Source: Catajapyx aquilonaris (Eukaryota). Taken from it: a DNA stretch of 37,946 bases. The stretch lies in NCBI GenBank assembly GCA_000934665.2, contig KZ538975.1:1-37946 (forward strand), written 5' to 3'. Both the position numbers and the translations under genes were made by a program. Below are positions 13,001 to 25,000 of this stretch, in pieces. Within the stretch, counting starts at the first letter, position 1. The number at the start of each line of letters is the position of its first letter. The notes under the pieces were generated by a model. The model saw only the letters and a program-made list of their open reading frames with translations. It did no database searches and was not told the DNA's origin.

Positions 13001-16000
13001 AAGGCCAGGACGAGCCGTCAAAGTTCGAAATTCCAATCTGGCCCTCTTCCGGGTATGGGCAGAAATAGTCTGAAATATTCAGGGTCCCCTACATGGTTGC
13101 CGGCACTCATGGAGGTTACCCTGATCTTTGGTGTGGTGTATTTTTCAAAGATGGCGGAATCCGACAGTCCACGTGCAGGTCAGAGTCACCTTTATCTTGA
13201 CGGTACGGCGGCTGTTGCTGAGAGCGACGTACCAGCAGGGCTTCCCAGCCCAAGTCCGCACGGCCTCCTCCCGTACCAATTTGAGCCGTATTCAGCCCTG
13301 CTTGCCATTGGCGCATCAAATGTTCCTTTCGACATGGAAATGAAAAAAAAGTTCGACGATAACCCTCGTGGCTGACGTCATTGCTGCGGAGCCGACACAC
13401 TACACAAAATGCACTATCGGTAGCACCGACATCAGGAACTCCCTGCCCATCCGTCCTGCCTGCTTCCAAGTACACTCCGATATGCCCATTCGAAAGGGCT
13501 GACTCACACATGTCTTTCGCAAGTGCTAAGAGTTTACACATGACTCACGTTCCTTCCCCGCCCGCAGGTCGCCTTTGTTCTTTGGATCTGCTGGGTAGCA
13601 GATGTGGGCCTTTCATAAACAGTCAGGACCCAGTCTAAACCCTGGCCCAGCCCTGGCCCGTAAAGTAACAGTGCTGTGGTGAGCAGATTTACTGTTCAGG
13701 GTAATAGGTAGCATGCCGCTAACGGAAACCCCCTTCAAAATTGGCGCAAACCCACGACCCGACACCCGTGCAGACCAAATATGGCGTGGACCAAAGACGG
13801 CTGAGATGTCAGGCATTTTCTGCCAAGTCCCGGTTGGCGGCGCGCGCGGAGGGAGCGGACTGGGCCGGGCGGGCAGCTCTTTTGCGCCAGATTCGAATTT
13901 CCGAACTTTGACAGCTCGCCATGGCCTTACCGTTCGTCTCTCAGGAAAACTGCTTATACCCTCGGAATCAGGATTTTTTGCCCGATTTTTAGAATCCAAC
14001 ATGTATTTTGAGTGGAGTGTCCCTTTAACAGTCATCTGGCAGCAGGTGCAAAATCTCGTTTTTTGGCCATATCCTCCTGAGACCTGATGTTGTCATAATT
14101 ATGTTGACGTCAGGAAAATATTTCTTGGCACCAACTAGTGATGCCAACAGAACTGTAATCTGTTGGTATCCCATGATTACAATCTGGCCTCAATAGGTGT
14201 AACCACCTAGTGTTGATTATGTGACTGTGGCCGCGAAAATTAAATCACTCATGAAAATGGCAGATGCGGCTGCTGAAGCTAGGTGCTCATCTGATAAGTT
14301 TAATTTTTTTACTCATACAGGGTGTATCAGAGTCAAGGGTCAAGCGCGCGCGAGTGGGTGGAGAAAAATCGTAGGTGGCGATAACCCCGGTCGGTTTTAT
14401 AAAACCAGGAACAGGCCTACCGTTTGTTATAGTCAACAATCCCACCTTTCACATTTTCAAGGAGATGCCATCACAATAGTCATAGCAAAAGAAGTAAACA
14501 GTGTCAACTGCATTTCCATGGAGTAATAATAAAGGGTTGTTCTGTTCCAGAAAATATTCATAGTGGGTATCGGGAAATGGAAAAGTACAACAGAAAAAAC
14601 AACAACAGTATTTTACATTCAAAAGCCCCACCACGAGTTAAAATGATAAATATTGGAGCATATTGTTTTTCATTAATATCACTCCTACAAATTTTGGTCA
14701 AGAAACGAAAAAAACGGCCCAAAAAACCCTGCCGTCAAAGGGCTAAAAGCTTTCGTCCCCTTTAATGTAGGTTGTGAAATTTGAAACATTTCTTCTTTTT
14801 TTTTAACTGTGTATTTTGTGCTTTTCCTATGCTTTTTTACAACCTTCATTGCAGGACCACATAGGTAAATATTCAAGGTATGAAAATCCATTTCCTTATG
14901 TTGCTGCATTCAGTCATATACTAACAAGAAACAAAACATAAGGGTGTTGAAATTTGGGCACTTTCCCCTATATGGGATTTTCTAGTTGTTGCTGTTGTTG
15001 TTGTAGTAGTTACCTCATTAGGGCCCGATTTCTCGAACAGCGGTTCAAGTCAGTTTGAACTGGGTTTGCGTCTACATGCTGGATTCAGTTTAAACTCTCC
15101 TTCCGAGTGTGCACATTTCTCGAGCGTAAACAAACCCTCGGTTACTATGCGAACGGCAAGCCTCGGTTAGAATTGCGCCGTTGCTACATGTCGTGTCCTA
15201 CTCATTTACCCGAATCGGTCTGAACTGCTGCGCGAGTCTTTACCGGTCTGTAAACAAACTCTAGTCAGCAAGTCTAGAAGGTGGAGAGAGGGACATCGCA
15301 TTTGAAGTGTCATTTTTTGACTACTGCCGACGTTACGGCGCAAAATGAATTTTTTATGACACTTCTCGGAGGCAAAAAAAATCCCCCTGTGGACCCTGAA
15401 TAGTGCAAATCTTTGTCTTTCTAATGATATATTTGAAACTCAGAAATCGCCATTTGTGTAATCATAATTAAGTTCATTGCACACCTCAGTTATCTCAGCC
15501 GTTTATAATCCGAATTACTTTGCGAATGTACCAACGGAAACCCAGAAATGTACATGATAAATTATATCGTGTTACATTAAAATTTTTAAACGTATTTAAA
15601 AGTATCACCGTCTATTCCCACCAGAAAGCGGGCTGAGTACTTGTCTATTAAACTTACTAAAACAGTACTTCTAAAAATTTAAGTGTAATAGAGCACAATT
15701 TTATCATGCACATTTCTGGCTTGCCGTCGATACATTCGCAAGGTAATTCGGATGAGAAACAACCGAGATAACTGAGGTGTGAAATTAACTTAATTATGAT
15801 TACACATAGTTGCGATTTCTAAGTTTCAAATATATCATTAGATGGACAAAGATTTGCACTATCCAGGGTTCACAGGGGGGGGGGGGGGGGTAGGCCTCTG
15901 AGAAGTGCCATAAAAACTCATTTTGCGGAGTAACGTCTGCAACGAGTCAAAAAATGACACCTTTCATTGTTGTTCCTGGCATTCCAAACCTGGTTTATTT

Positions 16001-19000
16001 CGATAACGGCCGGCAATAGGTGTGTTATATCCCAATATGTGAAGGTCCATGTCTTAATTTCGCAGACACACAACTTGTCTTGACTAGGTACACAACAAGT
16101 TTGTACAGTTTTTTTTTACACACACATCTTCCTTAAACACCCTCAAACTTTGCATTTTTAAGGCCACCCATGTGCCAAGGTTCCAGAATGAGATTAGCAC
16201 CATTGGTTATCCGTATAAAAATATTACTCTTACTTTCAGCATACTTTACCCTCCTTACCACACAATGAAGTGTCACTCAGGACCAGAACCCTCTTATTTT
16301 CCAAAAAGAATGGGGCTAATCTCCTGAACCCCCTGGCATGGGCAGCCATGATTTCACGATTGCATAATGCACTTGAAATCACCATTTATCTCCAACTGCC
16401 CATCTGTACATCTTATAGCCTTAGTTCCTTTGTCTCCTTCCCTCAATAGATCAACCAAACATGGCAAGGGATGAGTTGTCTCACCTGAGTTTCTGGGTGC
16501 AAGAAAGTGGCATATTTCTGCCATGTGAAGGAGTGATCTTTATATGCATCGCAGGCAAATCATTAGCCAAAACATGCTTGTTTCATCATATTTTGGGACA
16601 TGCATGAGAGCGACATGAATACTCATTGGTGACTCTTTTAATTTTTGCCATGCTCCTCCTACATTTCTCATACCTTGAAACGGTGGTACACGACATCGCC
16701 TTTCTGACGAATAATCTCAGCTTGGCTCTCAAATTCAGCCTGCAGAAGAGTCACAATTATATGACAATGCTGTGAGCAACATTAATTATAAACTTACCTT
16801 GTCTTCTTCAGTTTGGCCCCACACGTCAGGATTTCCAACATAATGCCTCAGCTGCAGATAAAAACATTATCAATGTATTGGCATGTAATCAACCTCACAC
16901 TATTTACTTGCCTTCCTCACTGTTTCCACTATTTCCGGGTTCTTCTTCAGCATGAGAGGCGATACGCTCAGCTTAATCAGTTCCTCAACTAACTCTATGC
17001 ATTTTCTGCAATCAGCACTTTTACAATTCAAGCTGACTCTGATCTCGCTTTCTAATTCAATCAGTCTGGCCTCGTATCGCAATAATCTAGAAAATGAAAA
17101 CAAACATGACGGCTCACATTCAGTTACTTCAGGCCACGGTCAGGGAGCATATACTACATATGAGGCGCAAACATTCGATTTTTACGTCTCTGTTTATAGG
17201 CGTTGCCAAGGCTGCCGGCCATTTTGAAGTGTGTGGTGCGCCAACGAGGTATAAATAGGGTACAGGCAGGCCGTCCAGGTCCGCCATCTTTGATGGTTTT
17301 GGCTGCCATGGCAATACATGGCAATAACAATTAACTTACCCATTCCAATATCGAATTCAAATTCGCGCGTGTTCTTGCCATGTAGTTGCCTTAGCCGCCA
17401 AAACCATCAAAGATGGCGGACCCTATTTTTGCCTGTACCCTATTCATACCTCGTTGGCGTACCACACACTTCAAAATGGCCGCCAGCCTTGGCAACGGCC
17501 TATTAACAGAGAGACGCGAACATCAAAGGCGCCGACAGAAGTTTGCGCCTCTTATGTAGTATATGCTCCCTGCCACGGTCATATAAGTAAGATCTGGTCA
17601 CTCCCACCCACCCCCTGCCGGGGCGTTTTGCAGCGGGTGCTCACCTGAGAGCGCCATGAGACATTTAGGGGCCACAGCAAGTGGCGACCCTACCGGACTA
17701 GACTGAATTTTATAGGTACGAAAGGGGAGGGCTACATCGGGCTCGATAGGGCTACATGCTAGCCCAATGTAGCCCTCCCATTTCGTACCTATAAAGTTCA
17801 GCCTAGTCCAGTAGGGTCGCCACTTACTGTGGCCCCCTAAATGTCCCATGGCGCTCTCAGGTGAGCACACGCTGCAAAATGCCTCGGCAGGTGATAACAC
17901 CAGAACGTGGCATAAGTGTCCGGGGGCTGCTTCAGGCAGTCCGACATATTATGTCCAAAGTAGAGAATAATGTCATTTACCCGGCTTCAAATATCAAAGA
18001 GACATATTACTAAAATGATTTAAAATTTCCCATGCAAGACATTATTGCATTAATTCATTAGGAAATGGGTCTACCACTCAAGAACAAAATGCTCTGTCCA
18101 GGCAATTGGTTTTTAACCCCTTTGCTACCAGCTATACCCCCTTTGTCTAGATTTTTGTTTCTATTCACGTACTATGAAGATAAGATAAGATATTTTACAA
18201 GTAATAACAGCTATACTTACACATTCATGCGCTATTCTATGTATGTGTTTGGAACAATTTTCCTGGTCTGAAAGTCCTAAATTAATTTCTAAAAAGTGCG
18301 CTGCAGAGTACCAGCAATATTTACATCACCTAGATTTTAACTTACACATATTCTGAAGATAAGGGCAAAATATTTTAAAATAATAGCAGTTATTCTTATA
18401 CCTTCATGGAAAATACTATGAGTGTGTTTAGAACCATTTTCATCATCTAGAAGTCCCTAAATTGATTTTCAAAAAGATCACGGCAGACTACCATCACCTA
18501 AACTTTATCTTCCATGTACTCTGAAGATGAGGACAAAGTATTTCACAAATTATAACACACATTTACAGGTTCATCCTCTTCACAATGAATGTGTTGGAAA
18601 CAATTTTCACTCGTCTAGAAATCCCTAAATTAATTTTCAAAAGTAATAGCTTGAAATTCAAGTATACTACTGGCAAACTGTTAGGCCATTGCCTAGATTT
18701 TCTATTACTTGTACTCTGATAATGGCAGGAACAAAAAAAAAAAATCTTCGAAATTTGTTCACTACACTGTAATATATTCATGTACCCCCGCGAGCATAAA
18801 GATGGAGACGGCAGACCCTTTTTTGACCTTTCTTTATCCGACTAAAATTAATGAACTCTTTTGGGACCGAGTTAGCTGCATCAGGCGTGTGTTCGTGTAT
18901 TTATGACAGTATATTTGATACCGTAATAGCTGCAATTGGCAGAGCAGCCTGCCGAAGGTGAGGGCCTGCCGTCTCCATCTTTATGCTCGCGGGTGTACCT

Positions 19001-22000
19001 GTGTCCTGCTCTTTATTTCGGAGTAGCATTTTTTAAATTTATTTTTTGCTTGAGTAACCTTGACCCATCTGCCAAGACTTCAAAAATTATGCAAAATTTT
19101 TTTTCTCTTCCCTCCTTCTGGGTTTTTCCCTCTAACGGTTACATCACAGCGGAATATTGCATGTTCCGTTCAGTACTCTGTGTCGCTCAGTCTGCAGCAA
19201 TGGAGTGTGAATGCGGTGACTGATAGGAATCACAAGAATTGCAGCTGGACATGTGGGCAGAGCATATTGTGAAGGGCCAGAGTGCTACCCACGACTGCAA
19301 GAGTGCAAGGCCGATATGGTTTTGAGTGCAAGTCAAAACAAGGATTACGACATCAGTGTCTTATTTTTGTTATTTAACATGTGATTTTGTATATTGATTT
19401 ATAGATAAAATAAAGTGAAAATGGGTCATTTAAGTTAAGTGTGGAATGTTAATTATTTATAATTAGATGATTTTTTTCACTTCAATTGGCGGGGCGGGGT
19501 GGGGTAGGGGTGTCTTGACATCACCGTTGATGACGTATACATTGGAGGGGGGGAAATAAGGGAAGGGGGAGGGGTGGTGGTGGTGAGAAATGGACAAAGG
19601 GGTTCGGGTGGTTGGGGGGGGAGGGGAATTCGAATTTTTTGCAGAATTATGCACCTGCGCGCGCACCTGCGGATGTTTACAACATGAACCGGTTGCTAGT
19701 CAGGACATCAGCCAGTACCCAGACAGTATTTTGTGATCACGAAATACCGTCTCCGAGCCGGTACATGAATTACAGTGTAGTGACAAAAAGTTGTGTTGGG
19801 CGATCCTTTTGAAGGGTAAAAAATCTGAGTCATGTGGATTAATATCCTGAGTCTCCGCCAGGGGCGTAAGTGATGAAACCTCCAGGTTTTCGCTTTTTGG
19901 TGTGCGAGTACACTTACCCGGCCTAAAAATGAAAAGTTGTGGCCTGTTGGGGGTGAGATGCCCTTATTTTTGCAATATCTTGCACCGTTGACGAGATATT
20001 GACCAAAAACACAGGTCCAAAAATTACACAGGGGAAAAATATTGAATTATTTTTTAAGTGCCCTGAAGGGAAGACCAATTTTAGGGTATATCTGTGGCGC
20101 TGATTCTCAAACTAGCATCCGTTTTGCTCCATCAGCGCTAGTTTATGAGATAACTCATTTTAAAGTTAGGACCGGTTTACTAGGGGTCTTTCCCAATCAA
20201 GTGAGCCAAATTCTTTTTACATCATCTCGGATCTTGGTGAAAATAATCACAGATCTACAGACGTATCCCATAATGCTGCATATCAAGTTTCAGCCACATT
20301 GCGCAATTAGTTGGGGCGGATTTGTTCAAAAAACCCTTTTTGCTCAAATTTCGTGTTAATTTTAATGTTTGTGGGAAGTTGTTAAGCATGGGTAGAAGCA
20401 GCTCCATGTCGCTTCCCCCCTAGTTGTATGGATACGGTAGTTTAACGCCCGTGTCTCTGCCAGGCTGGGAATTTGGCGCTGGCGGCACTACATCGTTCGC
20501 TATCCGCCATCTTTTTCAAGGTGCATTCTAGTGGTAGGTCTGCTGAAGGACAGGAAGATCGAGCAGACTACCCACTACTATAGTACTTTTAGTACTTAGT
20601 TTTTAGTGCCTTACTTTACTTAGTTTTAGCACGTAAGTTTAGTACTTAATTTTAGTATTTAAGTACTTTTAAGTAATGTACCGCTTCCTACCACAGGAGC
20701 TGCATCTTGAACAAGAAGGCGTATTAGCGAACGATGGGACAGTTATTACACGACCTTATTCAAGGAGTGTCATACACCTGGGTAGAAGGTAAAAAATCAC
20801 CTTCTCGCCATTTTTTCCACCACGTCCAACGAGGTATAAATAGGGTAGAGGCCATAAAGCATTCCAACCACTTGGAAAGTGGCGCCACCACTTTGATGCA
20901 ATTGGCGGCCATGCCACTTCACGGCATAAGAGCATTGGTGGTTATCAACGAGATAGAATAGGGTAGAGCATCGAGATAGAATAGGGTAGAGTCCGTAAAG
21001 GTCACGTGATCTTTGGCGGCCATGCCACTTCACGGCAAGAACATGCGCGAATTTGAAATTGCCGTATTTCTAACCCTGTTCTTCTGTCTACACAACCTTC
21101 ATCTTCAAGGCCACAGGCCATATAGCAATTCCAGAAATTAATTAGACACACGTGGTCCAAAAAGGGTTACTCAAGAGGCCACCTGGAATTGCCGCTAGTG
21201 AACCAGGCTGTAGTTTCTATTTTTGTGACTCGCAGGAGATAATGCGAACCGTTTGATTTCCGCTATGAACGGGGGTTTTCTCTGAAGGGAGCCAAAAATC
21301 CGTTCCGTTTCCGCGTTGGGCAGGTTCCACTATATCCGTCAAAAAATACATTGTATGCCCTATGCATATGCCCGTTCCCAGAAGAAATTCCGCAATGGAT
21401 AGGTTGCCGCTGTATCCAGGGCCCGTTATGGGCAGGTTTCACTGTATCATCAATGATTGATTGTTGTCAATTGCAACAGGCCGTGCAAAGAATGGGTTGT
21501 AATTGAGTAACAATCAACAACAATCAAGGATTGTTGCAACGGTTGCCATGTTAACCAATTGGCATGTAATCTCGTTTTAATTGTATGGATTCATTAAAAT
21601 ACAGTTCAACAAATCATACAAAATCCACACACATACTTTACTTGTCCAAATGTGGGTGCATTTACTTCTTGTGTTCCCCCGAAGGGACACCAGATTTCAG
21701 CACTACTCTCAGACAAGGAAAGTAAAAAATATTCCAATATTTCCACATCGACATCATCATTCATAAGTTTTCTAAGTATTACAAACAAAAAATAACTCAT
21801 AATGCTAATCAACATTCGAGAATTAATTACTAATCGTCTTCGGAACGTGGAGGTGCAGCCATTATTTCCTGAGTTAAAATTCAAACACCTGTATCTTAAA
21901 AATCTGAAGCAATATTGAGCAGGTTTGAACTTGTATCGTTAGCTGGGACTCTCCTGAAGCCCCCGTCACTACTGTCAGCTCTTTAGCAGCAGAAGAACCT

Positions 22001-25000
22001 GCGCAAAAAAATTAAAATGCAACAACTGTGCAGGTGTCCCCTATAGGGGACACTTGGCATATCTGGGTTAAGAGTACGCGTCAGTGAAAAACTAGGTGAT
22101 GGCGGGTGTAGCTGGGGGCGAAGGTGTTAATAAAGCTTTTATGCCTCTATGAAGGCATGACAACCTATAAACTAAATATGCCATTCCACTTACTTAAACT
22201 TGTTCCGCCTACACTCTAGTAGTCGCTCATTCCTCATTTCAATTTTCCTTCTCTCTTGCTCATCCCCTCTTGGTTCCTGTGAAATCATCAAATAAAAAAG
22301 CATGAATTCTACCCATAACCTCGAGGTATCAGACATACTTACTATAAGACTTAGATATTTTAACCCCAACTTTCCAACAGCACGCCTTGCCATAGGGGAG
22401 TCTGGGGATTCAGGTGACTCAGCTGTTAAGAAAACAGTATTTTTCAATTATAACAGGAAAGCAAGGTTATTCTAACAGCAGTTACAGGATGCAGCAAGTT
22501 AACCCTTTGATGACGGAGTTTTTGAGGGATTGCATTTCCCCAGGGCCTGAGTTTTTTTCCCCCCTTTCCGGAAATTTTATGACCTCACCGATTTTCTTCA
22601 AATTCGGTGCATTGGTAGCCCACACCAAGGGATGAAAAAGGCACCTATAGTTTCCTGCTCGAAATGATCCTGTGACCCATATTGGTGGGGGCAGAGGCCA
22701 AATTCCAACCTCACCGATTTTATTGAAATTCGGTGCAATGGTAGCCCACCCCAAGGGAAGAAAAACGCACCTACAGTCACCTGATCAAAATTACCCTGTG
22801 AACCCTTTTTGAAGGGGGCAGAGGTCAAATCAGATTACCGCCCGACTACCCTCGGATTACCCCCTGGATTACTCAGATTACCCCCGGACTACTCTCATAC
22901 TACCCCCAGATTACCCCTCGGACAACCGTGATTACCCCCGGACTACCTATGTATACGAAGGTGTACCCCTCAGTTGCCTTAGTTACTGGCTCGACGCATA
23001 TAGGAACAAAAGCAATAAATGCTACCATATAATAACACAATAATGTAATAATGACAATGTTACAATAATGCAACAATACAATAATGTAATTATAAATTTA
23101 TAAATCAATAAATTGGGTCACGAGGTCATTTTGATAAGGTAACTAAGGTGCTTTTTTCATCCCTTGCAAGGGATGAAAAAAGCACCTATAGTTACCTTAT
23201 CAAAATGACCTCGCCGATTTTCTTCAAATTCGGTGCATTGGTAGTCCACACCAAGGGCTTGGTGTGGGCTACCAATGGACCGAATTTGAAGAAAATCGGT
23301 GAGGTCGAAATTTTATGATTTGACCTCTGCCTCCCTCAAAAATGGGTCACAGGGTCATTTTGATCAGGTGGCTATAGGTGCGTTTTTCATCCCTTGGGGT
23401 GGGCTACCAATGCACCGAATTTCAAGAAAATCGGTGAGGTTGGAATTTTTCGAGTTGAAAAATGACCCAAGTTGGCAGGGAAAATCTCTGTAGGCCCTCC
23501 AGCAATGTAAGCTCGGACATCCTATGATGTCCGTAGGTATCAAAGGGTTAAAGTCAAATATCACAGTGCCCTTTCAATTGAAAGATCTACATTGCTGAGC
23601 ATTATGCTTTGCCCAGTAATATTTGCTGTAATAGTTAAATTTAATATTCAGTGTCTGTAGTCTGAGATGGGCAGGGGTGGGGTGTGGGACGGGTTGTTTA
23701 TAGTTTTATTTTCACAAGTTTTATTAATTTAGTCCATATGTTGGGTTAGCTTGTGTCTCCCTTCATCGCTGACTACCCCTCATAGGGAAATGTCGTGATG
23801 TTGTTGTTGTCTCCCGCTTGATAATGCACTCTTTGGGTTGAGGTTTAAAAAGAGCGCCCTAGGTGAAAATCACTGGATATGGCACCATTGGTTTTGCTCT
23901 CTGTTCATGCACAAGGGGGAGCAGAACATTGCGAGACATACCAATCTACGCTGCGTATCGAGAGAGGGCATCAACTGCCTCATATACTACGCACAAGACG
24001 GTGAAGTCATCCTATTGGGTCACCTACACTGGTTTTTTTAGGCCGGAATCGTGGTGTCTCGCACATGTATGGGCCCGCAAGTCACGTGACGCCTGTAAAC
24101 ATGGCGGCCGGTAAAGGAGCCCTATATCTAAAGGAGAAGTCCATCGTGGTGAACTAGCATATCGGCTCTTTAATCGGCCGGACTAACCCCCCCCGCAACC
24201 CCCAGATATCACTTGCAAAGCCTGGTATCCGTGACGCAATGGGCTCTAACAGCCAATCCCGGAACAGCTAGCTTCTCGCGCGGGTTGCATGTGGGGTGTG
24301 TGTAGGTGGGGGCAAGGGTGGGGGTGGGGGTTTCTCTGTCAAGGTTGGGGGGTAGGGTGGCAATCATCGGCGTAGGGCCCTAGGTGCGCAATGTGAACCA
24401 TGTGGCCGGCGGGCGGTGCATATCCTTCCCGACTATACAATGAACATCCAAACTGGCCCTCGGGCTGCCCCTGGGTGCACCCCACACCATTGCATTGCAT
24501 TCGGTTGGGGATGTGGTGATAAATCCGACATTACAGAACTGAGAACGCACATTCAAAGTGGCCCCGGACCGCCCCGGGGCCGCCCCTAGCCACGGTCCGC
24601 CCACACCCACGATCCGTCCCGGTCCTCACTCCACACGATTTCATTGCATTTGGTTGGTGAGTCGATGTAAAATCCGACCTGAAGGAAGTCACATCCGAAA
24701 AGGCCCCCGGGCCGCCCCAAGCCCCATGCCTCCCCCGGGCACTCTCCCCCGCAACCTGAAGCAAACCCTGCCCCACCAAAACTCCCTGGGGGCCTGAAAA
24801 AGCCCAGGGCCAACACTCCCATAAGTCCTACGGAATCTGGAGAGGTCCCGTGGATTTACAGGATGTTTTCAATCGCGCGCCTCCCGTAACTTTTCGCCAC
24901 GGTGGCGTCCGTCGTTCGTATGGGAGTTACGTCACAATTTATGCCCCTGCAGACTTACGCGAGCCACCACAATTCCGGCCTTAGGCGGCTTCCACCTCCC

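Noticed and set aside
12815..14087. Mirror-image ORFs at both Kolobok ends (also 25411-25717)
   Set aside because: These are translations of the inverted repeats, not genes.
22580..23450. CRISPR-like repeated blocks
   Set aside because: Repeats occur in both orientations with homologous rather than unique spacers, inside a TTAA-flanked element; no cas genes and a eukaryotic context.
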